A stretch of 64,000 nt of DNA from positions 2,358 through 66,357 of the forward strand of contig CAMWLV010000001.1 in the NCBI GenBank assembly GCA_947175175.1, given 5' to 3'. A program made the position numbers and the translations under genes. Shown in pieces: positions 11,183 through 20,770 of the stretch (positions within the stretch are counted from its first letter, which is position 1; the number at the start of each line of letters is the position of its first letter). Under the pieces are notes generated by a model, which was not told the DNA's origin, made no database searches, and worked only from the letters and a program-made list of their open reading frames with translations. This DNA is from an uncultured Lachnospiraceae bacterium (GTDB taxonomy: Bacteria > Bacillota > Clostridia > Lachnospirales > Lachnospiraceae).

Positions 11183-12860
11183 ATACTCCCCTTCTCTCCA
11201 ATAGCTCCTCATGATTTCCCGTCTCCACTATTTTACCTCCGCTCACCACATAAATCCGTTTCGCATCTCTGATCGTAGAAAGTCTGTGTGCAATCGTGAT
11301 CACTGTCCTTCCCGCGGCGATCCTGTCAATCGCCTCCTGTATTTTCTGCTCCGCCTCGACATCGACAGCAGCTGTTGGCTCATCTAACAGCAGAATCGGT
11401 GCATCTTTTAAAAAAGCCCTTGCTATCGAAATCCTCTGTCTCTGCCCTCCGGAAAGACGCACGCCGCGCTCACCCACAAGCGTCTCATAGCCCTCTGGAA
11501 GCTGCAGGATAAAATCATGGATATTTGCATTCCTGCACGCCTCCACAACCTCCTCAAACGTCGCGTTCTCCTTTCCGCAAGCCACATTCTGCCTGATAGT
11601 TTCCGGAAACAAGAACACATTCTGTGAGACCTCGGAAAAGCAGCTCCTTGCCGCTTCCAGATCCCATTCCTCAAAGGAATGTCCAAAAAGCCTGTACTGA
11701 CCGCTATTTTTCTCATAAAAGCCGCAAAGCAGCTTAAAAATCGTTGTCTTTCCCTCTCCTGAGCCTCCCACAAACGCGGTCTGCCCGCCCTTCTCGATCT
11801 GAAAGCTCATTCCATTTAAAACAGGGTGCGCTTCGCTGTGATCATAGTAGAATTCTACATTGTTCCACTCTATTACCGCAGATTCTTCATTGTCTTGTGG
11901 CTGTATATGTATCCTGCCCCCAGTCCTCTCCTCCTTTTGATCATATATCTCCTGCAGCCTTTTCAGGGATACGCCGATTTCGCGAATATCGTTTGCGCAG
12001 AAAACAATATCGCCGATCGGATTCAAAATTCTGCCAAGAAGCACTGTGAACGCAAGCATTTCCCCAACTGTGATCCTGCCCTGCATCGTCTCGTATAGCG
12101 CAAACAGATAGCAGATGATAACGGGAATTGTGGTGATCACATTCTTCAGCACCCAGCCCAAAGAGGATATCCGTGTACTCTTACACGCCTGCTCCACCTT
12201 ACGGTCAATGACAGCATCTATCTCCTTTTTCTGCACCTCATAAAGATTGTAGCTCCTGCCAATCACAATGCCCTGAATCGCATCGTAAGCCTTCTCATTG
12301 CACTCATCCATATGGGAGCGCAGCTTTTTGGCAAGCTGGGCAAGTTTCCTGGACAGCCGGTCTGCCACAACCAGCATAACCGGATAACTTGCAAACAGCA
12401 CGATAATCAGCAATACATCCATCTGGATCAGATAGATGGTCGATGTCACCACTACGATTATGTTGACCAGAAGGCTGGGCAGGATTTCCGAGAAAAACCT
12501 CCCCAACTCATCCATGTCTGATATCAGCCTCGTGATGATACTTCCACTGCTCTTTTCATCAAAATAGGAAAAGGGCAGCCTGATCAAATGTCTTCCGAGC
12601 GATGCACGCACATCCCTCTGCACCATCGCACTGTAGTGACTGCCTGAAATACTTTTCAGATATGCTGCCGCTGTCCCCAGCACGATCATCCACAACAGTG
12701 GCACAACAAACTCCGCAAAATACACCTGCTGCCCGCCAAGAACTCCGTCCGCAGCCTTTGCAATCAGATCATTTCCCATAATAATGATCTCATTCAATGA
12801 AATAGAGAATAATACAAACAGCAACAGCATATATCCATTGCGTAAACCTGCTCTTACCAT
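11157..12860 (-). CDS. ABC exporter, fused permease/ATPase half-transporter (probable heterodimer partner)
   Basis: GGSGEGKTT, LSGGQRQR, LLDEPT. Alternative start at 12875. Confidence 0.92.
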   Translation of the reverse strand: MVRAGLRNGYMLLLFVLFSISLNEIIIMGNDLIAKAADGVLGGQQVYFAEFVVPLLWMIVLGTAAAYLKSISGSHYSAMVQRDVRASLGRHLIRLPFSYFDEKSSGSIITRLISDMDELGRFFSEILPSLLVNIIVVVTSTIYLIQMDVLLIIVLFASYPVMLVVADRLSRKLAQLAKKLRSHMDECNEKAYDAIQGIVIGRSYNLYEVQKKEIDAVIDRKVEQACKSTRISSLGWVLKNVITTIPVIICYLFALYETMQGRITVGEMLAFTVLLGRILNPIGDIVFCANDIREIGVSLKRLQEIYDQKEERTGGRIHIQPQDNEESAVIEWNNVEFYYDHSEAHPVLNGMSFQIEKGGQTAFVGGSGEGKTTIFKLLCGFYEKNSGQYRLFGHSFEEWDLEAARSCFSEVSQNVFLFPETIRQNVACGKENATFEEVVEACRNANIHDFILQLPEGYETLVGERGVRLSGGQRQRISIARAFLKDAPILLLDEPTAAVDVEAEQKIQEAIDRIAAGRTVITIAHRLSTIRDAKRIYVVSGGKIVETGNHEELLERRGVYAEMYAKG

Positions 12861-12871
12861 ACAATCCCCCT

Positions 12872-14116
12872 TCATACTAACCAGACTCGTGCATCAGGGT
12901 GCTCATCATCCTTTTGTATCGTACCCAGACGATAGCATTGATGGTACTTCTCAATGACTTTCACTGCCTTGTCATACTGTTTCTCTGACACTGCCAATAC
13001 CATGCCGATGCCCAGTGAAAAATCCCTCAAAAAACACTCCCTGTCCATCATGTTCAAGTTATAAATATACCGATACAATGCTGAGACCTGTATCTGTGAG
13101 ACGGAAATACCCGCGCCGAGTCCCTTGGGCATTGTACAATAACATTTCCTGTTGAACAAGGAATTGTTGATAACGAAAATACCATGTATGAGATTTTGTT
13201 TTTTCAGCTCATTGACCACATTTACATAACAGGCATTTGGCTTCATCATTTCGTCCATAAAAAGGTTCTGTCCGTCAATCTTTGCATATACTATATCTGG
13301 TCTTCTGTCAAGGATTACTTTGACAAAGGGATAACTGGTTGACGATATACCTTCCGTGCACAGCCCGATCAGAATATCACCCTCCATAATCCTGTCCCCT
13401 GTAATAATTTCTTTTCGATCCGCAACGCCTATGACCGAAGCTCCTATCCTGTATTCGCCTGCATGATAATTTACAGCCTGCCCGCCTACCTCCATTCCTG
13501 CAAACACAATTCCACTGCTCTCACATGCTTCTTTGAATGCCTCACCCATGAGAATAAGCTGACCACTGTCATTGTTCCCACAGACAATATTCGCCTGAAT
13601 AATCGCCGGTTTTACGCCAAAACGAATCAGATTATTGGCGGCACTTGACACCAGATCTATGCAGATTTCCCTGTCGTAGCCATTTTCCATCGCAAAGCGC
13701 TCTTTGGAGCCGGGGACATGGTTTGCGGACACCCATACTGGTTCTTCCATCGCTGAGGTATCCAGCCGAAAAAATACAGGATCCGTGTATTTTGCATAGA
13801 GCAGTTGGTCATCTCTAGTGATCAGACTGTTTATCCTCTCCTTTACCATATAAAGCTTTTTGGTGTCCAGCCCTGTGTCTATATAACTGATGACTTTTCT
13901 CTCCTCCGATAGCCCATTCAGCAGGAAATCAACCGTCGTTTCAAGTGCCTGTGCAATATCATAGATCATATCCACCGATGGAAGGCTCAGTCCCTGTTCC
14001 CATCTTGAAACTGCCTGGTAGGATACATTTAAGATATCCGCAAGCTGCTTCTGTGTCATTCCTTTTATTTTCCGCTGTTCCGCGATCGCCCTTGCAACCT
14101 TTTCCCTGTCCAGCAT
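12872..14116 (-). CDS. XRE-family HTH fused to a degenerate PurM (AIR synthase)-like domain
   Basis: N-terminal MTQKQLADILNVSYQAVSRWEQGLSLP. Remainder follows PurM: SYIDTGLD, IDLVSSAANNLIRFGVKP, GDILIGLCTEGISSTSY, FSLGIGMVLAVS. Confidence 0.8.
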   Translation of the reverse strand: MLDREKVARAIAEQRKIKGMTQKQLADILNVSYQAVSRWEQGLSLPSVDMIYDIAQALETTVDFLLNGLSEERKVISYIDTGLDTKKLYMVKERINSLITRDDQLLYAKYTDPVFFRLDTSAMEEPVWVSANHVPGSKERFAMENGYDREICIDLVSSAANNLIRFGVKPAIIQANIVCGNNDSGQLILMGEAFKEACESSGIVFAGMEVGGQAVNYHAGEYRIGASVIGVADRKEIITGDRIMEGDILIGLCTEGISSTSYPFVKVILDRRPDIVYAKIDGQNLFMDEMMKPNACYVNVVNELKKQNLIHGIFVINNSLFNRKCYCTMPKGLGAGISVSQIQVSALYRYIYNLNMMDRECFLRDFSLGIGMVLAVSEKQYDKAVKVIEKYHQCYRLGTIQKDDEHPDARVWLV

Positions 14117-14387
14117 TTCATTCTCTCCCCCTATGTTAGGAGCTGCAGGAAAATAAGTGATACAGATTGCGCAGGATATTTCTTCGAGGCTTTTTGATAT
14201 GCACAATCGGAGAAATAGACAAATCAAGATGTGTCAGTTATTTTCTACAGATCCTTATGTCCGTATCAATAATGTTCCCTGATACATAAAAGTTTATCAC
14301 AGAGCAATACGATTCACAATCAACGAGATATTGAGCCGGAAGCCACAACTCAACGAAAAATCGAGAGGGGAAGTGCAGGTGGGTAAT

Positions 14388-14418
14388 AAAAAGGACTATG
14401 CAACGCACAGTCCCTTTT
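14388..14418 (-). terminator. Terminator of the galactan operon
   Basis: AAAAGGACTATGC-AAC-GCACAGTCCCTTTT imperfect inverted repeat just past the stop at 14434. Confidence 0.6.
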
Positions 14419-14433
14419 CTTTTATCCTATATC

Positions 14434-14652
14434 CTAATCAAAATCAAACTTCGTAAATCTCTTTGCCCTGTCGAGATAGCGGAATCTTACCATCTCGTTT
14501 TTCTCAAGTACATCTTCCTCTGTTCCCCTGTACTGGCAGCGGATACAGCTGTAGATGCCTGTGTCCTTATTGTAGAACATATCGATGTCGAGGTCTCGCA
14601 TAAAGCAGGATGGACATCTGTAGTTTAATTTGCCTTTTCCAAGTTGAGCCAT
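14434..14652 (-). CDS. Small zinc-ribbon protein (72 aa)
   Basis: CPSC...CIRC pairs; overlaps the end of the upstream gene by 28 nt. Confidence 0.7.
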   Translation of the reverse strand: MAQLGKGKLNYRCPSCFMRDLDIDMFYNKDTGIYSCIRCQYRGTEEDVLEKNEMVRFRYLDRAKRFTKFDFD

Positions 14653-16490
14653 GTTGCAAATACCTCCTTATCAGAAATTGTCTTCTTGTAGCCGAGCTTG
14701 AACATCGGAGAGAATGCATATCCTTCTTCAATGTAACCAAGCGCTTTGTCAGAAGCGGTGAGGGAAACCTTGGTCTGGATTGCCGGAATCACTGCGCTCA
14801 CTGCACTTGCGCCGTCAAGCTTCGCATCGCGGCATCTGTATTCATAGTTGATCGTTGTGCCGTTCTCACCCTCGCATGCAAGTGTGATGCCTGACATATC
14901 TTCAGGATACTCTGTCGTACCATAGCAAGCTGTGATATACTCGTCAAGTGTAATCTCTGCAGAAGGATCGCTGATCTCAAGAATATTTCTCTCGATCTTA
15001 ATGTTGGAAGCGCCTTCCTCAAAGTATTCTTTCGTCTGAAGTTTCACTGTAACGCCGTTGAACTGAATCTCAACCGGATCAAGTGTTAAGATACGTGTCT
15101 TCTTGCCATCAATCACTTCCTCTGAGAAATGGCAGTGCGTCGGGCAGAGGCAGAGATCAACTTCCTCACCCTTGTAAGAAAGTTTTGCACTTCTCACTGT
15201 ACCAGCGCCTGCATAATGTGTAAAGTAACCTGCACGATACTTCTCCTGAATCAGGAACGGATAGGAAGCATCCTGCACATGCGGTGTACCAATACCTACT
15301 GGCCACTCAAGTTTTGCAACATAAGGACGAAGGTCAACGATTGCACCGCCCTGATCCATGTTTACACAAGCTCTCATGTAAGGATCGCAGTACCAGAATA
15401 ATTGCTTATCAGAACCATAGAGGATATCTCTCCAAGGTGCACATTCCGGCTCATTGTAATTTCCTGCGTTGACACCTTTCTTCTCTCTGTAATAATCTGC
15501 AAACTCAGCCATCGTCATATCAATGAGCTTGCCTTCCTTCTTCAAATCGCCGTAATACTTGCAGCCATCGCTGTAAGACTTATATAAGAGCTCATACGGC
15601 TGCTCCCAGCGTCCCATCTTGTTCATCCATCCTGGTCCCACGAACATCATGTTGTATGAATATCCGTTGTTGTACTTTGCCAAGTCGCGATACTGGTCAA
15701 TTAAGTTATAGAGATATGGATACTCCCATGTCTTGGTATCATAGATCATACCGCGGAGCACGTTCTGCGGATGCGTACCAAAATTTGAACCGTTTCCGTC
15801 ATAGCACGCGATCAGGTCTCTTGACAGATGCGGAATCGCAACAATACCTGAGTCCTCCGCTGCATTTGCTGCAGGTGCATGTGTATTCTGCTTTGAAGGA
15901 ATCCACGGAGCCCATGGGCCGCCGTCAAACAGTGTGTACCATGAGTTATTGCAGGTGTGATATGCCTTGGGGCCTTCCTCCCAGCATGTCGCAACAGCAC
16001 ATTTCACTGTCGGATATTTCTCCTTGATGTAGTTTGTCAACTCAGCATCCATGTAATAGGAACCTGTAGACTCAGGATAGAAACCGAATCTGTCATGGAA
16101 CTTCTCAAAGACATCATTGACGATCGCCTTCTTGTCCTCCATTGAGAACATCCAGATACAGAAGTCCTTTGTCTTGTACTTCTCGCGGAACTCCTCACAG
16201 GGAAGCCCAAGTAAAGAGAGTGCGATCTCATCACCATATTCTTCATGGTCATGCTTTGCAATCTCCACTGCCTCATCGTTAAACAATGAAGCATAGGTCA
16301 TCTGGATTGTCACCTTCAGACCATTCTCGTGTGCCAGTCTCTGCTGTGTCTTGAAGATATCAAGGGACTCCGTCAAGAGCGCCTTGTCTCCGATATCCTC
16401 CTCTTTTCCCTGTCCTGTGACAGTCGCAGAATACTCCGGAACCATTTCCGGACGATGGATAATGTTTACTACAAATTTATCCACTTTCAT
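14625..16490 (-). CDS. Uncharacterised 621-aa cytoplasmic protein, possible carbohydrate-active enzyme
   Basis: AAGGAGG RBS, no signal peptide, aromatic-rich motifs (FGFYPESTGSYYMD, GGPWAPWIPSKQN); directly downstream of GH2. Function inferred. Confidence 0.6.
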   Translation of the reverse strand: MKVDKFVVNIIHRPEMVPEYSATVTGQGKEEDIGDKALLTESLDIFKTQQRLAHENGLKVTIQMTYASLFNDEAVEIAKHDHEEYGDEIALSLLGLPCEEFREKYKTKDFCIWMFSMEDKKAIVNDVFEKFHDRFGFYPESTGSYYMDAELTNYIKEKYPTVKCAVATCWEEGPKAYHTCNNSWYTLFDGGPWAPWIPSKQNTHAPAANAAEDSGIVAIPHLSRDLIACYDGNGSNFGTHPQNVLRGMIYDTKTWEYPYLYNLIDQYRDLAKYNNGYSYNMMFVGPGWMNKMGRWEQPYELLYKSYSDGCKYYGDLKKEGKLIDMTMAEFADYYREKKGVNAGNYNEPECAPWRDILYGSDKQLFWYCDPYMRACVNMDQGGAIVDLRPYVAKLEWPVGIGTPHVQDASYPFLIQEKYRAGYFTHYAGAGTVRSAKLSYKGEEVDLCLCPTHCHFSEEVIDGKKTRILTLDPVEIQFNGVTVKLQTKEYFEEGASNIKIERNILEISDPSAEITLDEYITACYGTTEYPEDMSGITLACEGENGTTINYEYRCRDAKLDGASAVSAVIPAIQTKVSLTASDKALGYIEEGYAFSPMFKLGYKKTISDKEVFATWLNLEKAN

Positions 16491-16509
16491 TCCTCCTTAT
16501 CCGGGATAT

Positions 16510-19500
16510 TTATATCCCTTTAAAATTAAATGATAAAACTAACTTATGGGCTGCATCCAGCAAATACTCTTTATGAGTCCTTGCACCCCAGCTGTCATCG
16601 CCGGCAACACCCATCTGTTTCAATGCAATGCGCGCCACTGTGTAGTATACTGGCGGCAGTTCATAGACATGCATGGCATTTTCCAGCTCATGCGGTGTAT
16701 ATGGCAATACATTCACACTCAGATCTTTTCCTGTGAACGTGATACCTCTTCCTTTATTGTCGGTAATGCTTGCACACCGCACTCCCGTATGGTTTCCGCA
16801 CTCCTGTGGAACTAAATACTCTGCCAGATTTTCTGCTACTTTTTTATGATAAATACCAAGTTTACCGCCCTTCTCGCGGTCACAATAGGTATCTTCCGGT
16901 CCATATCCATACCATGTCAGATTTTCCAGATCTGCATCAAACTTGAACAGCATGCCAAACTCAGGCAGATCAGTGACACCTTCTGGTGCCTCATACTCCA
17001 GTGTGGTGTTGACGGTTCCATCACCTGTGACTTTGTAGGTCACAAAACACTCTGACTCAGGCGTTGTCGGCAATGTATAACAATAACGAATTGTAACATC
17101 CATGTCATTTTTTGTGACAACAGCAGGTTTAGACTGCTGGTATAAACTCGCCATCTTCCACTGTGCATATCGGTATGGCATCTGATTGCCAAAATCATTG
17201 TCCGTCGGCGCACGCCAGAAGTTTGGCTTGGGGATTGCCTTGATCAGCTCCCGACCTGCGTACACATAGGATACTAGGCCTTTTCCCCCTTTGTCAAACA
17301 GGGCCTCGAAATGCATACCGCGCACGCCGATATTGTATGTCCCGTCCGCAACCTCAAACATCTGATCTTCTATAGAAGATCTGGCTTCTATAGAAGATCT
17401 GGCTTCTATAGAAGATCTGGCTTCTGTCACACTGCATGTATTCTTTTTAATCTGGTACACGCCTTGTCCAAATGCGACTTCATGATCGCGCTTTGCCCAG
17501 AGTGTGTCCTCCTTTAACACAAAACTTACAGTCACGATATACTCACCATCCCAGATGGCCTTCCACCGCTCGTCATCACTCCACGGTGTCGCGAATCCAA
17601 ATAAGGGAAGCTTGTATGTCTTTGAGGAAAGCGGTTCCACATCTGTGACTACTGTCACCTCCGCAAATTCCTTACCATTCAGCGCTAATTTTACCACACA
17701 ACGATACTCGTCTGTGTTGGTGAAAAGATTTTTGTTGATGACGGTAAAGCTATCCCCTGCGATCTGAATTGAAATATTCTGATAATTAAATTTCACTTCC
17801 TGCATCTTGGGCGACGGCTTTCTATTGCCGCCATAGACAATACCATTTCCACTGAAATTGTAATCACATGGCCTGTCGTCAAAATCACCACCATAGCCCA
17901 GTACTTCATTTCCATACCTGTCCTTGTGATAGATTGACTGGTCTACATAGTCCCAGATAAATCCACCCTGAAATAGCGGCTCCTCGTCTGTCAGATCTGT
18001 ATACTTGTGCATCGCTCCACAAGAGTTTCCCATCGCATGGGTATACTCGCAAAGCAGCATTGGCTTGCTTCTGTCTTTTGCCAGAAATTCCTTAATAGAA
18101 GCTACACTTGGATACATCTGACTCTCCATGTCCGAAGTGTCATTGTAACGCCTGTCGTGGAAGAGTCCCTCATAATGGACAAGTCTCGTGTCGTCAAGCG
18201 CACGGAATTTCTGTGACATTTCATAAATCACAGATCCACCGAACGATTCATTCCCACACGACCAGATCAGTATGGAAGGATGATTCTTGTCACGCTGATA
18301 TATGGAATTTACCCTGTCGAGCAGCAGTGGCTCCCACTCCTTCCGATCGCCCGGAAGCGCTCTCTCAATCGGCTGCACACCACCCACAGCCCATGTACCA
18401 TGTGTTTCAAGATTACATTCATCGATCAGATACAATCCATACTCATCACAAAGCTCATATAATTTTGAGTCATTGGGATAATGGCTCGTCCTGATGGCAT
18501 TGATGTTATTCTGTTTCATCGTGACAATATCCTGCAGCAGTTCGTCTTCATTCGGAACCCTGCCGAAACGTCCACTAAACTCATGTCTGTCAACACCCTT
18601 AAATACAATACGCTTACCATTCAATGTCATGATACCATTATCTATCGCAAACCTTCTGAAACCTACCTTCTGAGGTATGATCTCTACAACATTGTCATCT
18701 GCATCATACACCGTAATGAGCAGCTCGTACAATATCGGACTCTCCGCACTCCACAGCATTGGCGCATCAACTGCCATATGAACCGCCTGATTCTCACCGT
18801 CTACAAGCTCTACATCAGCCTCTGAAACCACAGTGATATCAGAGAGTGTCAATTTTGCCCTGCCAGTTATGGCTGGCATTGCTTTAGCGGTTGTTACTGT
18901 CAGTGAAACCATTAAATCCGCTTTCGTGTAATCCTCATTTAAATTCGTCCTGACTTTCACATCACTGACATGTGTGTCAGGTATCGCATACAGGTAAACA
19001 CTTCTGAAGATTCCCGAAAACCGAAAGAAATCCTGATCCTCACACCAGCTCCCGCTCGTCCACTTGTACACCTGCACTGCAAGCTTGTTCTCCCCTTTTT
19101 GCAGAGCACTTGTCAGTTCAAACTCTGACGGCGTAAAGCTGTCCTCGCTGTAGCCAATGTAGCTGCCGTTGCACCAGAGCGCAAAGCCGCTCTCGACTCC
19201 CTGAAAAGAGACAAATACCCTCTTCCCCTCAAACTGCGCTGGTATTGTGAAATACTTCACATAGCTCGCCGTGGGATTAAAGCGCGTGGGAATCTCACCC
19301 GGTTCAATGACTTCATGTCCGTCCCAAGGATACTGCACATTGACGTACTGCGGCTTGTCGTACCCCTCAAGCTGTATGTGCGCCGGCACCCTGATATCCT
19401 CCCAGCCTCTGCAGTCTGCCTCTTTTTTATAAAAGTCTTTTGGTGCTTCTTTCAGGTTTTTTGCATAATGGAACTTCCATACGCCATCCAAGGACCTTTT

Positions 19501-19614
19501 CATGCTTTGCACATTCTGTACAAATTCAGCTTCGCTTGCAAAATACTTGTGGTCTGAATGCGCTGCTACCCTGTTTTCCTCATAAAACAGAGGGTCTTTT
19601 ATTTTTTCCTGCAT
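16510..19614 (-). CDS. lacZ: Beta-galactosidase, GH2 (LacZ-type)
   Basis: NAIRTSHYPN, WSCGNES (acid/base), LCEYTHAMGNS (nucleophile), GGFIWDYVDQ, GVAGDDSWG. Confidence 0.93.
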   Translation of the reverse strand: MQEKIKDPLFYEENRVAAHSDHKYFASEAEFVQNVQSMKRSLDGVWKFHYAKNLKEAPKDFYKKEADCRGWEDIRVPAHIQLEGYDKPQYVNVQYPWDGHEVIEPGEIPTRFNPTASYVKYFTIPAQFEGKRVFVSFQGVESGFALWCNGSYIGYSEDSFTPSEFELTSALQKGENKLAVQVYKWTSGSWCEDQDFFRFSGIFRSVYLYAIPDTHVSDVKVRTNLNEDYTKADLMVSLTVTTAKAMPAITGRAKLTLSDITVVSEADVELVDGENQAVHMAVDAPMLWSAESPILYELLITVYDADDNVVEIIPQKVGFRRFAIDNGIMTLNGKRIVFKGVDRHEFSGRFGRVPNEDELLQDIVTMKQNNINAIRTSHYPNDSKLYELCDEYGLYLIDECNLETHGTWAVGGVQPIERALPGDRKEWEPLLLDRVNSIYQRDKNHPSILIWSCGNESFGGSVIYEMSQKFRALDDTRLVHYEGLFHDRRYNDTSDMESQMYPSVASIKEFLAKDRSKPMLLCEYTHAMGNSCGAMHKYTDLTDEEPLFQGGFIWDYVDQSIYHKDRYGNEVLGYGGDFDDRPCDYNFSGNGIVYGGNRKPSPKMQEVKFNYQNISIQIAGDSFTVINKNLFTNTDEYRCVVKLALNGKEFAEVTVVTDVEPLSSKTYKLPLFGFATPWSDDERWKAIWDGEYIVTVSFVLKEDTLWAKRDHEVAFGQGVYQIKKNTCSVTEARSSIEARSSIEARSSIEDQMFEVADGTYNIGVRGMHFEALFDKGGKGLVSYVYAGRELIKAIPKPNFWRAPTDNDFGNQMPYRYAQWKMASLYQQSKPAVVTKNDMDVTIRYCYTLPTTPESECFVTYKVTGDGTVNTTLEYEAPEGVTDLPEFGMLFKFDADLENLTWYGYGPEDTYCDREKGGKLGIYHKKVAENLAEYLVPQECGNHTGVRCASITDNKGRGITFTGKDLSVNVLPYTPHELENAMHVYELPPVYYTVARIALKQMGVAGDDSWGARTHKEYLLDAAHKLVLSFNFKGI
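17367..17425. repeat. In-frame 18-bp tandem repeat (3.3 copies) inside GH2
   Basis: CTTCTATAGAAGATCTGG x3 plus CTTCT; encodes (EARSSI)3. Confidence 0.95.
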
Positions 19615-19805
19615 TATCCTGCCCCCGTAACGAATGACAATTTTATTATAGCATCCGCTTTTCTTTTTATGTTTTTATTATCTTCTTGATTTCGTGCAAA
19701 TTCGTTTGTTATACACATAATGCCTTCCCTTTGGCATTCTTCTAAAAACTAAGTTATTTTTGGCTTTGCATCTCTGGCGCAAAGTCTTTAGTACTACTTA
19801 GTTTT

Positions 19806-20732
19806 TTACCAGCCCTTCAATGCTGATATCTTATACTCCAACAACTTACCCTCATGGTTGTCCGGGCGTTTTTTCCATTGATATGGTGATGTCCCGATGA
19901 TGCGTCGAAAGTTCCGATTAAATGTCGACGGCGTGACAAATCCGACTTTCTCCGCCACATCCTCCATGCTGATATCTGTCTTGTCGATCAGTTCGCAAGC
20001 TTTCTTGACTCTCACAAAATTCACATACTCGACAGGCGTCATGTTCATTTTCTCCTGAAAAATGCGCCGAAAATGTGTCTCACTCATATGACACTCATTT
20101 GCAAGATCAGCAATCTTGAAATTGTTCGGATAGTTTTTCTCCACATACTCAATCGCGCTTTGAAGCTGCAGACTGATATTCTTTCCAATGGACTGCCCTG
20201 TTCCCCTGCCGTTAAACCGTGCAATCTCAAACAATAGAGAATATGCAATCCCTCTGACGCACTCCCGATAATGCTCACCCTTGTGCTGCATCTCCTCAAA
20301 GATGGAACGTATCAGCGTCACGATCATAGGACTGTCATCCGCCTTGATAAAAAAGGATTTCTTGCTGACCGACTCCATGATATCCCTGATCTCCTGCGTG
20401 GATTTGCCCCACTGTCTTAGTATATCCTCTGGGTTGATATATATGTATTCCCAAAATGCCCTGACATCTGTGTCACTTTTGGTGACATGCAAAAAATTTG
20501 CTGGAATACATGAGATCATACCTGCTCCAAACCGATACATATCTTCCTCTATGACCAGATCCCCATCTCCGTAGTGGCAGTACCCAATCTCGAGTAGATT
20601 ATGAAAATGCATGTTATCAATGTTCTCGCCGTAGACCTGTATCCATTTGCTGCCCATCAACGCCAGTACTGACTCGTCCTGCGGAACCTCATAAAAACGA
20701 AACTCCGCTGGCTTCTTTTTCTTCTTAGGCAT
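19806..20732 (-). CDS. AraC-family transcriptional regulator with cupin sensor domain
   Basis: HFHNLLEIGYC cupin; C-terminal HTH pair (MSETHFRRIF, VAEKVGFVTPSTFNRNF). Confidence 0.9.
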   Translation of the reverse strand: MPKKKKKPAEFRFYEVPQDESVLALMGSKWIQVYGENIDNMHFHNLLEIGYCHYGDGDLVIEEDMYRFGAGMISCIPANFLHVTKSDTDVRAFWEYIYINPEDILRQWGKSTQEIRDIMESVSKKSFFIKADDSPMIVTLIRSIFEEMQHKGEHYRECVRGIAYSLLFEIARFNGRGTGQSIGKNISLQLQSAIEYVEKNYPNNFKIADLANECHMSETHFRRIFQEKMNMTPVEYVNFVRVKKACELIDKTDISMEDVAEKVGFVTPSTFNRNFRRIIGTSPYQWKKRPDNHEGKLLEYKISALKGW

Positions 20733-20770
20733 AATGTTCTCCCCTTCAGACTTATAATCCAGTGAATCGA

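Noticed and set aside
14117-14380. ZTP or purine riboswitch in the leader of the XRE-PurM-like gene
   Set aside because: No recognisable conserved core; only small hairpins.
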